This document shows positions 14,377 to 26,299 of a stretch of 64,000 bases of DNA, in pieces; position 1 is the first letter of the stretch, and every line of letters begins with the position of its first letter. Under the pieces are notes generated by a model. The model saw only the letters and a program-made list of their open reading frames with translations. It was not told the origin of the DNA and ran no database searches. The DNA is from Octopus vulgaris (Eukaryota): contig OX597842.1 of the NCBI GenBank assembly GCA_951406725.2, positions 31,930,001-31,994,000 of the forward strand, given 5' to 3'. The translations under genes were made by a program, and so were the position numbers.

Positions 14377-14560
14377 CAAGGGGGCGATGAAAAGTTCAGA
14401 GCTTTAAGGTTATTGCAAAAGGCCTGGTTGGGGGCCCAACCCTCCGAGTTCTTTTTACAGGGCATAGAAAAAACTGAAGGACCGCTGCAAGAAGTGTGTG
14501 AATCTGAGAGGGGAGTATGTTGAATAAAATCATAATTTACTGATGCTCCTGTATTTTCTA
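14377..14560 (+). mobile_element. Mariner-derived non-autonomous fragment
   Basis: TA|CAAGGGGG...AAAAGTT terminus and a frameshifted transposase tail (FF.QGIEK...KCVNLRGEYVE*). Confidence 0.6.
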
Positions 14561-15001
14561 CACCCTGTGCCCTGCTTGTGTGTGTGTATGTATGTATACT
14601 CTTTTACTTGTTTCAGTCATTTGACTGCGGCCATGCTGGAGCACCGCCTTTAGTCGAGCAAATCAACCCCGGGACTTATTCTTTGTAAGCCCAGTACTTA
14701 TTCTATCGGTTCTCTTTTGCCGAACCGCTAAGTTACGGGGACGTAAAGATACCAGCATCGGTTGTCAAGCGATGTTGGCAGGACAAACACAGACACACAA
14801 ACATATACACACACACACATATATATATATACATATATACGACAGGCTTCTTTCAGTTTCCGTCTACCAAATCCACTCACAAGGCATTGGTCAGCCCGAG
14901 GCTATAGCAGAAGACACTTGCCCAAGATGCCACGCAGTGGGACTGAACCCGGAACCATGTGGTTGGTTAGCAAGCTACTTACCACACAGCCACTCCTGCG
15001 C

Positions 15002-15036
<35 letters not shown>

Positions 15037-15255
15037 CAATAAGGGATTAGCAACAAGTTGCTTGACCACATACCGAAAATTTTAGAAATAGCAGCCAAAA
15101 GACTACAATTTCCTTTTTCTACAAAAATGTCTCCACAGACAACAACATTTGTAACTCACATATGGCAAAAAGAAGGAAAATGTGACTTACAAATATTGTT
15201 GTCTGTGGAGACATACATGCATATATGGGAACAGAAACGAAAATATATAAACAAA

Positions 15256-15293
<38 letters not shown>

Positions 15294-15321
15294 AAAAAGG
15301 AGATGTGGAACACGAGTTGTG

Positions 15322-15624
15322 ATATATAAAATAAGGAAATGAAGAAAATGCTGACAAAATAATTTAAGTAATTTAATTAGGTGAGAGTTCTTTTTACCGG
15401 TTGCGCATTTGTTATGCTTATCAAAAGATATTTTTTTAAGAGAGATAGAGTTCCTTTCTGATAGATAAGAGGAAAAAAAATCTATCAGAAGGGAACTCTA
15501 TCTCTCTTAAAAAAATATCTTTTGATAAGCATAACAAATGCGCAACCGGTAAAAAGAACTCTCACCTAATTAAATTACTTAAATTATTTTGTCAGCATTT
15601 TCTTCATTTCCTTATTTTATATAT
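15322..15624. repeat. Near-perfect palindrome, ~144-bp arms with ~14-nt loop
   Basis: The arms are reverse complements with one visible mismatch (cctttctg vs cagaaggg). Confidence 0.95.
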
Positions 15625-15895
15625 ATATATATATATAGATATGTATGTATGTATGTATATATATATATGTATGTATGTATGTATATATATGTACACACAC
15701 ATATATAAACGACAGGCTTCTTTCAGTTTCCATGTAGCCAATCCATTATGAAGGTTTTGGTCAGCCCGAGGCTATAGTAGAAGACACTTGCCCAAGGTGC
15801 CACGCAGTGGGGCTGAACCCAGAACCATGTGGTTGGGAAGTAAGCTTCTTACTACACAATCACACTTCCACCTATATATATATACACATATACAC

Positions 15896-15926
<31 letters not shown>

Positions 15927-16435
15927 TACATACATACACACACACACATATACTGTCACAAATGGAAGATGAGGGCACCCAATTTCTTGCCAAAGAACCT
16001 GTACAAAAGATTTGTTATGCTTATAGTGATCAAATCAACATTGTCTGGACAGGTGTTCCACGCGTCAGGTGTCAAAGTGATCCCAGAGCAAATTGAGATG
16101 AAGGGTTTTGTTCAAGAACACAATGTACCGCCCAGTCCAGGAATTGAACCGACAATCTTTATTGTGAGTGCATCACCCTAACCACTAGGTCATGTGCCCG
16201 CAAATACACATATATAAACACACACATACATTGCTCCAACCACGACCATCACCGCAGTCAGGTGTACATTTTTAAGTCAAAGTAGAAGAGACTCGTCCAA
16301 AGTGCCACAAGGTGGAATTGAACTTGGAACCAGAGAGTTGCAAAGCAAACTTAATATCCACATACAAACATCTATAAATACACACACACATTTACACACA
16401 CATACACACAGTTCTGACTATGGCCATCACTGCAG

Positions 16436-17053
16436 ATCAGTCCAGTCCAGTCCAGTCCTGTGCTGTCCAGTCCAGTCCTGTCCAGTCCAGTCCTGTCTAG
16501 TCCAGTCCAGTCCAGTCTAGTCCAGTCCTGTGCTGTCCAGTCCAGTCCAGTCCAGTCCAGTCCTGTCCAGTCCAGTCCAGTCCAGTCCAGTCCTGTCCTG
16601 TCCAGTCCAGTCCAGTCCTGTCCAGTCCAGTCCTGTGCTGTCCAGTCCAGTCCTGTCCTGTCCAGTCCAGTCCTGTCCAGTCCAGTCCTGTCTAGTCCAG
16701 TCCTGTCCAGTCTAGTCCAGTCCTGTGCTGTCCAGTCCAGTCCTGTGCTGTCCAGTCCAGTCCTCTCCAGTCCAGTCCTGTCCAGTCTAGTCCAGTCCTG
16801 TGCTGTCCAGTCCAGTCCTGTCCTGTCCAGTCCAGTCCTGTCCAGTCCAGTCCTGTCTAGTCCAGTCCTGTCCAGTCTAGTCCAGTCCTGTCCAGTCCTG
16901 TCCAGTCCAGTCCAGTCCAGTCCTGTCTAGTCCAGTCCTGTCCAGTCTAGTCCAGTCCTGTCCAGTCCTGTCCAGTCCTGTCCAGTCCTGTCCAGTCCTG
17001 TCCTGTCCAGTCCAGTCCAGTCCTGTCCTGTCCAGTCCTGTCTAGTCCAGTCC
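16436..17053. repeat. Pentanucleotide satellite (TCCAG/TCCTG/TCTAG)n
   Basis: About 120 pentamers, directly visible. Confidence 0.97.
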
Positions 17054-17284
17054 ATTCTAATTTCAGCTCCAACAGTCGAACTATTTTTCAGAGGGGTGCT
17101 GCTGCAGCTGGGGCTTGTTTCAACTCACAGCCAGAATCTCTAAGGAACACAGGACAAAGCAGTGAGCCATGATGGTGGTAGGAGGGAGTGAAGGGGAGGG
17201 GGGAGAGAAAGAGGGAGCGATGGCCGGTCCTGATCTGTGGTGGTTGTTCTGTTTTGCATGTTCTTGTTTCCCTTTGCTGGTTCT

Positions 17285-17307
17285 TCAGAGAGAGACATCA
17301 GCCAGAA
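17285..17307 (-). CDS. LIN54: Candidate terminal LIN54 exon, coding part (VLADVSL*), followed by 3' UTR
   Basis: (ct)n-ttccag acceptor where the satellite meets unique sequence; joined to the phase-1 donor at 22734 it reads VLADVSL then TGA. Confidence 0.6.
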
Positions 17308-17310
17308 CTG

Positions 17311-17413
17311 GAAGAGAGAGAGGGAGAGAGAGTGAGAGAGAGAGAGAGAGAGAGTAGTAATTGGAGAGAGAGAGAGAGAGAGTAGTAATTGGAGAGAGAG
17401 AGAGAGTAGTAAT

Positions 17414-17465
<52 letters not shown>

Positions 17466-17468
17466 TAA

Positions 17469-17499
<31 letters not shown>

Positions 17500-18757
17500 A
17501 GTAATTGGAGAGAGAGAGAGAGAGAGTAGTAATTGGAGAGAGAGAGAGAGAGAGAGAGAGTAGTAATTGGAGAGAGAGAGAGAGAGAGAGAGTAGTAATT
17601 GGAGAGAGAGAGAGAGAGAGAGAGAGTAGTAATTGGAGAGAGAGAGAGAGTAGTAATTGGAGAGAGAGAGGGAGAGAGAGTAGTAATTGGAGAGAGAGAG
17701 AGAGAGAGTAGTAATTGGAGAGAGAGAGAGAGAGTAGTAATTGGAGAGAGAGAGGGAGAGAGAGTAGTAATTGGAGAGAGAGAGAGAGAATAGTAATTGG
17801 AGAGAGAGAGAGAGTAGTAATTGGAGAGAGAGAGAGAGAGAGAGTAGTAATTGGAGAGAGAGAGAGAGAGAGAGAGTAGTAATTTGAGAGAGAGAGGGAG
17901 AGAGAGTAGTAATTGGAGAGAGAGAGAGAGAGTAGTAATTGGAGAGAGAGAGAGAGAGAGTAGTAATTGGAGAGAGAGAGGGAGAGAGAGTAGTAATTGG
18001 AGAGAGAGAGAGAGAGTAGTAATTGGAGAGAGAGAGAGAGAGTAGTAATTGGAGAGAGAGAGAGAGAGTAGTAATTTGGAGAGAGAGAGAGAGAGAGTAG
18101 TAATTGGAGAGAGAGAGAGAGAGTAGTAATTGGAGAGAGAGAGAGAGTAGTAATTGGAGAGAGAGAGAGAGAGTAGTAATTGGAGAGAGAGAGAGTAGTA
18201 ATTGGAGAGAGAGAGAGAGAGTAGTAATTGGAGAGAGAGAGGGAGAGAGAGTAGTAATTGGAGAGAGAGAGAGAGTAGTAATTGGAGAGAGAGAGAGAGA
18301 GTAGTAATTGGAGAGAGAGAGGGAGAGAGAGTAGTAATTGGAGAGAGAGAGAGAGAGAATTGGAGAGAGAGAGAGAGAGTAGTAATTGGAGAGAGAGAGA
18401 GAGAGAGTAGTAATTGGAGAGAGAGAGAGTAGTAATTGGAGAGAGAGAGAGAGTAGTAATTGGAAAGAGAGAGAGAGAGAGAGAGTAGTAATTGGAGAGA
18501 GAGAGAGTAGTATTTGGAGAGAGAGAGAGAGAGAGTAGTAATTGGAGAGAGAGAGAGAGAGAGTAGTAATTGGAGAGAGAGAGAGAGTAGTAATTGGAGA
18601 GAGAGAGAGAGAGAGTAGTAATTGGAGAGAGAGAGAGAGAGAGTAGTAATTGGAGAGAGAGAGAGAGAGTAGTAATTGGAGAGAGAGAGAGAGAGAGAGT
18701 AGTAATTGGAGAGAGAGAGAGAGAGTAGTAATTGGAGAGAGAGAGAGAGAGTAGTAA

Positions 18758-18788
<31 letters not shown>

Positions 18789-18856
18789 AGTAATTGGAGA
18801 GAGAGAGAGAGAGAGAGTAGTAATTGGAGAGAGAGAGAGAGAGAGAGAGTAGTAAT

Positions 18857-18890
<34 letters not shown>

Positions 18891-21800
18891 TAATTGGAGA
18901 GAGAGAGAGAGAGTAGTAATTGGAGAGAGAGAGAGAGAGAGTAGTAATTGGAGAGAGAGTAGTAATTGGAGAGAGAGAGAGAGAGAGAGTAGTAATTGGA
19001 GAGAGAGAGAGGGAGTAGTAATTGGAGAGAGAGAGAGAGAGTAGTAATTGGAGAGAGAGAGAGAGAGTAGTAATTGGAGAGAGAGAGAGAGAGAGAGAGT
19101 AGTAATTGGAGAGAGAGAGAGAGAAGTAATTGGAGAGAGAGAGAGTAGTAATTGGAGAGAGAGAGAGAGAGTAGTAATTGGAGAGAGAGAGGGAGAGAGA
19201 GTAGTAATTGGAGAGAGAGAGAGAGAGAGAGTAGTAATTGGAGAGAGAGAGAGAGAGAGAGTAGTAATTGGAGAGAGAGAGAGTAGTAATTGGAGAGAGA
19301 GAGAGAGAGAGTAGTAATTGGAGAGAGAGAGAGAGAGAGAGAGTAGTATTTGGAGAGAGAGAGAGAGAGAGAGAGAGTAGTAATTGGAGAGAGAGAGAGA
19401 GAGAGAGTAGTAATTGGAGAGAGAGAGAGAGAGAGAGTAGTGATTGGAGAGAGAGAGAGAGTAGTAATTGGAGAGAGAGAGAGTAGTAATTGGAGAGAGA
19501 GAGAGAGAGAGAGTAGTAATTGGAGAGAGAGAGAGAGTAGTAATTGGAGAGAGAGAGAGTAGTAATTGGAGAGAGAGAGAGAGTAGTATTTGGAGAGAGA
19601 GAGAGAGAGAGTAGTAATTGGAGAGAGAGAGAGAGTAGTAATTGGAGAGAGAGAGAGAGAGAGTAGTAATTGGAGAGAGAGAGAGAGAGAGTAGTAATTG
19701 GAGAGAGAGAGGGAGAGAGTAGTAATTGGAGAGAGAGAGAGAGAGTAGTAATTGGAGAGAGAGAGAGAGAGAGAGAGTAGTAATTGGAGAGAGAGAGAGA
19801 GAGAGAGTAGTAATTGGAGAGAGAGAGAGAGAGTAGTAATTGGAGAGAGAGAGAGAGTAGTAATTAGAGAGAGAGAGAGAGAGTAGTAATTGGAGAGAGA
19901 GTGAGAGAGAGAGTAGTAATTGGAGAGAGAGAGAGAGAGTAGTAATTGGAGAGAGAGAGAGAGAGAGAGTAGTAATTGGAGAGAGAGAGAGAGAGTAGTA
20001 TTTGGAGAGAGAGAGAGAGAGAGTAGTAATTGGAGAGAGAGAGAGAGAGAGAGTAGTAATTGGAGAGAGAGAGAGAGAGAGTAGTGATTGGAGAGAGAGA
20101 GAGAGTAGTAATTGGAGAGAGAGAGAGAGTAGTAATTGGAGAGAGAGAGAGTAGTAATTGGAGAGAGAGAGAGTAGTAATTGGAGAGAGAGAGAGTAGTA
20201 TTTGAGAGAGAGAGAGAGAGAGTAGTAATTGGAGAGAGAGAGAGAGTAGTAATTGGAGAGAGAGAGAGAGAGAGTAGTAATTGGAGAGAGAGAGAGAGAG
20301 AGTAGTAATTGGAGAGAGAGAGGGAGAGAGAGTAGTAATTGGAGAGAGAGAGAGAGAGTAGTAATTAGAGAGAGAGAGAGAGAGAGAGAGTAGTAATTGG
20401 AGAGAGAGAGAGAGAGAGTAGTAATTGGAGAGAGAGAGAGAGAGAGTAGTGATTGGAGAGAGAGAGAGAGTAGTAATTGGAGAGAGAGAGAGTAGTAATT
20501 GGAGAGAGAGAGGGAGAGAGAGTAGTAATTGGAGAGAGAGAGAGAGTAGTATTTGGAGAGAGAGAGAGAGAGAGTAGTAATTGGAGAGAGAGAGAGAGAG
20601 AGAGTAGTAATTGGAGAGAGAGAGAGAGAGAGAGAGTAATAATTGGAGAGAGAGAGTAGTAATTGGAGAGAGAGAGGAGAGTAGTAATTGGAGAGAGAGA
20701 GAGAGAGAGAGTAGTAATTGGAGAGAGAGAGAGAGAGAGAGTAGTAATTGGAGAGAGAGAGAGAGAGAGTAGTAATTGGAGAGAGAGAGAGAGAGTAGTA
20801 ATTGGAGAGAGAGAGAGAGTAGTAATTAGAGAGAGAGAGGGAGAGAGTAGTAATTGGAGAGAGAGAGGGAGAGAGAGTAGTAATTGGAGAGAGAGAGAGA
20901 GAGAGTAGTAATTGGAGAGAGAGAGAGAGAGTAGTGATTGGAGAGAGAGAGAGAGAGAGAGTAGTAATTGGAGAGAGAGAGAGAGAGAGTAGTAATTGGA
21001 GAGAGAGAGAGAGTAGTAATTGGAGAGAGAGAGAGAGAGTAGTAATTGGAGAGAGAGAGAGTAGTAATTGGAGAGAGAGAGAGAGAGAGTAGTAATTGGA
21101 GAGAGAGAGAGAGAGTAGTAATTGGAGAGAGAGAGAGAGTAGTAATTGGAGAGAGAGAGAGTAGTAATTGGAGAGAGAGAGAGAGAGAGAGTAGTAATTG
21201 GAGAGAGAGAGAGAGAGTAGTAATTGGAGAGAGAGAGACAGAGTAGTGATTGGAGAGAGAGAGAGAGTAGTAATTGGAGAGAGAGAGAGAGAGTAGTAAT
21301 TGGAGAGAGAGAGAAAGTAGTGATTGGAGAGAGAGAGAGAGTAGTAATTGGAGAGAGAGAGAGAGAGTAGTAATTGGAGAGAGAGAGAAAGTAGTGATTG
21401 GAGAGAGAGAGTAGTAATTGGAGAGAGAGAGAGAGAGTAGTAATTGGAGAGAGAGAGAGAGAGAGTAGTGATTGGAGAGAGAGTAGTAATTGGAGAGAGA
21501 GAGTAGTAATTGGAGAGAGAGAGAGTAGTCTTTGGAGAGAGAGAGAGAGTAGTATTTGGAGAGAGAGAGAGAGTAGTAATTGGAGAGAGAGAGAGAGTAG
21601 TGATTGGAGAGAGAGAGAGAGTAGTGATTGGAGAGAGAGAGAGAGAGTAGTAATTGGAGAGAGAGAGAGAGTAGTAATTGGAGAGAGAGAGTAGTAATTG
21701 GACAGAGAGAGAGAGAGAGAGTAGTAATTGGAGAGAGAGAGAGAGTAGTATTTGGAGAGAGAGAGAGAGTAGTATTTGGAGAGAGAGAGAGAGAGAGTAT

Positions 21801-22080
21801 TTGGAGAGAGAGAGAGTAGTATTTGGAGAGAGAGAGAGTAGTAATTGAAGAGAGAGAGAGTAGTAATTGGAGAGAGAGTAGTAATTGGAGAGAGAGAGAG
21901 TAGTATTTGGAGAGAGAGAGAGAGTAGTAATTGGATAGAGAGAGAGAGAGAGAAATATATATATATATGTTAGAGAGAGAGAGAAAAAGAGAGAGAAATA
22001 TATATATATATGTTAGAGAGAGAGAGAGAGAGAGAGAGTAGTAATTGGAGAGAGAGAGAGAGAGAGTAATTGGAGAGAGA
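17311..22080. repeat. (GA)n-GTAGTAATTG satellite, ~4.7 kb
   Basis: Roughly 200 units (estimate) with variable GA run length. Confidence 0.97.
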
Positions 22081-22119
22081 GAGAAAGAGAGTTATAATAA
22101 TGATAAAGAGAGATATACA

Positions 22120-22632
22120 TGTTATAGAGAGAGAGAAAGTAAAAGAGAGGGAGGCAGAGAGAGAAAGTAAGAGAGGGAGGCAGAGAGAGAGAGAGAAAGT
22201 AAGAGAGGGAGGCAGAGAGAGAGAAAGTAAGAGAGGGTGGCAGAGAGAGAGAGAAAGTAAGAGAGGGAGGCAGAGAGAGAGAAAGTAAGAGAGGGAGGCA
22301 GAGAGAGAGAAAGTAAGAGAAGGAGGCAGAGAGAGAGAGAAATAAGAGAGGGAGGCAGAGAGAGAAAGAAAGTAAGAGAGGGAGGCAGAGAGAGAGAAAT
22401 AAGAGAGGGAGGCAGAGAGAGAGAGAAAGTAAGAGAGGAAGGCAGAGAGAGGGAGAAATAAGAGAGGGAGAGAGAGAGAAAAGTAAGAGGAGGCAGAGAG
22501 AGAGAGAAATAAGAGAGGGAGGCAGAGAGAGAGAGAAATAAGAGAGGGAGGCAGAGAGAGAAAGTAAGAGAGGGAGGCAGAGAGAGAGACAGAGAGTAAG
22601 AGAGACAGAGAAAAGACAAATAGAGAGAAGGG

Positions 22633-22660
<28 letters not shown>
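22120..22660. repeat. GA-rich ~28-30 bp minisatellite
   Basis: Unit AA(G/A)TAAGAGAGGGAGGCAGAGAGAGAG. Confidence 0.9.
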
Positions 22661-22668
<8 letters not shown>

Positions 22669-22710
22669 TAAAATTAACAGTGAAATGACATCCACTTTGT
22701 TTCATGACCA

Positions 22711-22909
22711 TCACCACTGATGGATTTCCTCACCTTTTGTTTTATGCGCCGAATCAATGATTCTCATTAGACATCGACCGAATTCCTCAATCACCATCCG
22801 TTCCTGGACGACGGTGGGCAGCTTCAGCTTCTCAGACTCTTCAGCTCTGGCCATCAGGCAGACGCACGTCTCCTCCACCACATCACTTGTTACGAACGTG
22901 TAAGGCAAC
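22711..22909 (-). CDS. LIN54: LIN54 C-terminal helical exon (LPYTFVT...EEFGRCLMRII); ends at TGA 22711-22713 or splices out after 22734
   Basis: cctgttccag acceptor; EEFGRCL motif; internal strong donor AAG|GTGAGG at 22734/22733. Confidence 0.93.
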
Positions 22910-23770
22910 CTGGAACAGGACAGACCATGGGTTAAACAACAACAACAACAACAACAATAACAACAACTATAGCCACTATACTAAACATCGGATAATGTAG
23001 TCCTAGATACACTATGCCTGAATAAAAAACGAGATGGTCACAGATGGAGCGTCTTTGATGATGTGTCTGCTGGATCAGGACTGACCATGGGTTAAACATG
23101 AACAACTATAGCCACTATACTAAACATTGGATAATGTAGTCCTAGATACACTATGCCTGAATAAAAAACGAGATGGTCACAGATGGAGCGTCTTTGAACA
23201 CAGGCCTGTCTGGATCAGGCCTGACCTGGAGTTAAACAACAACTCTAGCCACTAATACTAACTACAATACTATACATTGGATAATGTAGTCCTAGATACA
23301 CTATGCCTGAATAAAAGGAGGGATGGTCACATTGGAACATCTTTGATCATGTGTCTGCTGGATCAGGACTGACCATGGGTTAAACATCAACAACAGCCAC
23401 TAATACTTACTACTATACTAAACATTAGATAATGTAGTCCTAGATACACTATGCCTGAATAAAAGATGGGATGGTCACAGCTGGAACATCTTTGATCATA
23501 GGTCTGTCAGGATCAGGACTGACCTGGGGCTAAGCAACACAACTATAGCCACAAATACTTACTACTATACTAAACATTAGATAATGTAGTCCTAGATACA
23601 CTATGCATGAATAAAAAACGAGATGGTCACAGCTGGAGCATCTTTGATCATAGGCCTGTCAGGATCAGGACTGACCTGGGGTTAAACAACAACAACCACA
23701 GCCACTAATACTAACTACTCTACTATACATTAGATAATGTAGTCCTAGATACACTATGCCTGAATAAAAG
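22910..23770 (+). repeat. Tandem array of a ~120-130 bp dispersed repeat
   Basis: Unit ...ATAATGTAGTCCTAGATACACTATGCCTGAATAAAA...GGATCAGGACTGACC..., about 7 copies. Also at 37580-37890 (+). Confidence 0.9.
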
Positions 23771-23857
23771 AAAAGAAAAAGAAATAAAAAGAGGTTAAAA
23801 AAAGAAAAGAAGAAAAAAAAGAAATAAAAGGAGGTTAAAAAAAAAAAAAGGCCTCAC

Positions 23858-24057
23858 TTTTCTCCGGTGGCGGCAAACATCGGGGGCCGTGATGGTAAAC
23901 TGGAGATTTGGGAAGAGAGTTTGCTTTTGGCTGCAGTCTGTTGTTGCACGCGCACTTCTGCTGCATCTGCAAGGTGCATGAGCGTTTTCCGTTCCATGCT
24001 CTCCTCAAAATTCTTACAACCAACACACTTGCAGATGCTTGAGCACATGATCTTTGC
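23858..24057 (-). CDS. LIN54: LIN54 exon, end of CXC2 ([20 protein letters not shown]...[17 protein letters not shown])
   Basis: ttttccag acceptor, AA|gtgagg donor; closely matches the LIN54 sequence I recall from vertebrates. Confidence 0.95.
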
Positions 24058-25430
24058 CTGGAAAATACACACACACACATATATATAAATATTTCCTTCT
24101 TGTGACACTTGTGAAGACCTGTTGAGGCAAGTGAAAATCAAAACAAATCAAAATAGATGAACATCAATGGAATTTGTATCTTTGTGGTACCAGTGCCGGT
24201 GGCACGTGGCACACAAGAAAACCATCCGAACGTGGCCGTAGCCAGTACCGCATCGACTGGCCTCCGTGCTGTGGGCACGTAACAAACACCATCCAAGCGT
24301 GGCCGTCTGCAAGCCTCATCTGGCACCTGTGTCGGTGGCACATAAAAACACCATCCGAGCGTGGACGTCTGCAAGCCTCATCTGGCACCTGTGTCGGTGT
24401 CACATAAAAAACACCATCCGAGCGTGGCCGTTTGCCAGCCTCGTCTGGCACCTGTGTCAGTGGCACATAAGATCACCCACTACACTCTCAGAGTGGTTGG
24501 CGTTAGGAAGGGCATCCAGCTGTAGAAACACTGCCAGATCTGACTGGACTGGTGCAGCTTTCGGGCTCCCCAGACCCCAGTTGAACCGTCCAACCCATGC
24601 TAGCATGGAAAGCGGACGTTAAATGATGATGATGATGATGATGATATCTATATAAATAAAATTGAAATTCTGTCCGTCTGGGACTCCTGTATATCAGCCT
24701 ACATTTGCCCTACATAGACATAATATACCGTTCTTATTTCTTTGTTGCCCACAGGGGGCTAAACACAGAGGGGACAAACAAGGACAGACAAAGGGATTAA
24801 GTCGATAACATCGACCCCAAGTGCGTAACTGGTACTTAATTTATTGAACCTAAAAGAATGAAAGGCAAAGTCGACCTCGGTGGAATTTGAACTCAGAATG
24901 TAAGGACAGACAAAATACCGCAAAGCATTTCACCTGGTGTGCTAATGTTTATCATTTCTTTGTTGCCAACAAGGGGCTAAACATAGAGGGAACAAACAAG
25001 GACAGACAAAAGGATTGACCCCAGTGCGTAACTGGTACTTATTTAATCGACCCCGAAAGGGTGACGGGCAAAGTCAACCTCGACGGAATTTGAACTCAGA
25101 ACGTAGCAGCAGATGAAATACCGCTAAGCATATTGCCCAGCGTGTTAACGTTTCTTTTTTTTTTTCATTTACCACATGGGGCTAAACATAGAGGGGACAA
25201 ACAAGGACAGACAAAAGGATTAAATCGATTATATTGACCCCAGTGCATAACTGGTACTTGAAATTTTCCCAGAATCCTTTTTAGCGCCAACTGAAGAATA
25301 TCATAGGAAAAAGCAGTCATGGAGCACAGGTTGACAACAGATTTGTGGGAGACACCCAAATTCTTTGACCGATTCTGTGTCTGTGACAAGCCTTGTTTTG
25401 GATCACAACTGACTTCAACAACAGCAGCAG

Positions 25431-26160
25431 TGGAGGTGCAATGGCCCAGTGACTAGGGCAGCGGACTCACGGTTGGAGGATCGCAGTTTCAATTCCCAAA
25501 CCAGGCGTTGTGTGTGCTTATTGAGCGAAAACACCTAAAGCTCCACGAGGCTCCGGCATGGGTTGGTGGCGACCCCTGCTGTACTCTTTCGCCCCAACTT
25601 TCTCTCACTCTTTCTTCCTGTTTCTTGTCCCCGACTTCTTACGCAACCGCTGAGCCTGGATGTGCATCCATCCATCCGTCGATGCTCTCAGTGTCGGGGG
25701 TTGACCTGCTTTCTCTTCTGCAAATCTTACAAATAGCAAAGGACCACATTTCGGATTTCTCCCACAAAGGGACAAAGACCGCTTCGCTCAACAATAACAG
25801 CAGGAGGCACAATGGCCCAGTGGTTAGGGCAGCGGACTCGTGGTCGGAGGATCGCGGTTTCGATTCCCAGACCGGGCATTGTGTGTGTTTATTGAGCGAA
25901 AACACCTAAAGCTCCACGAGGCTCCGGCAGGGGGTGGTGGCGACCCCTGCTGTACTCTTTCGCCCCAACTTTCTCTCACTCTTTCTTCCTGTTTCTTGTC
26001 CCCGACTTCCTACGCAACCGCTGAGCCTGGATGCGCATTTATCCATCCGTTGATGCTCTCGGTGTCGGGGGTTGACCTGCTTTCTCTTCTGCGGGTCTTA
26101 CGAATAGCAAAGGACCACGTTTCGGACTTCTCCCACAAAGGGACGAAGACCGCTTCGCTC
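25431..26160 (+). mobile_element. Two tandem SINE family C copies, tail type 2
   Basis: Same head and core as the 50961 copy but a different 3' half ending GACCGCTTCGCTC(AAC)n. Confidence 0.8.
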
Positions 26161-26204
26161 AACAAACAAACAAACAAGCAGCAACAACAAGAACAACAAC
26201 TCAC

Positions 26205-26299
26205 CTCGTAGCATTCGCAATAATTCTTCAGACAGCCGGACCGTTTGCAATTGCAGCCCTTGTTGTGGCGCCGATCGCCATCACCGTCTTTGCCTTTAC
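26205..26299 (-). CDS. LIN54: LIN54 exon, start of CXC2 ([32 protein letters not shown])
   Basis: ctacag acceptor, GAG|gtgagt donor, 95 nt, phase 1/0. Confidence 0.95.

Noticed and set aside
16460-16930. (SSPVL/Q)n protein
   Set aside because: Pentamer satellite with no real ATG or splice context.
17311-21940. CRISPR-like regular spacing and ERER/SSNW ORFs
   Set aside because: The spacers are only (GA)n, there are no cas genes, and the context is eukaryotic. The ORFs are repeat translations.
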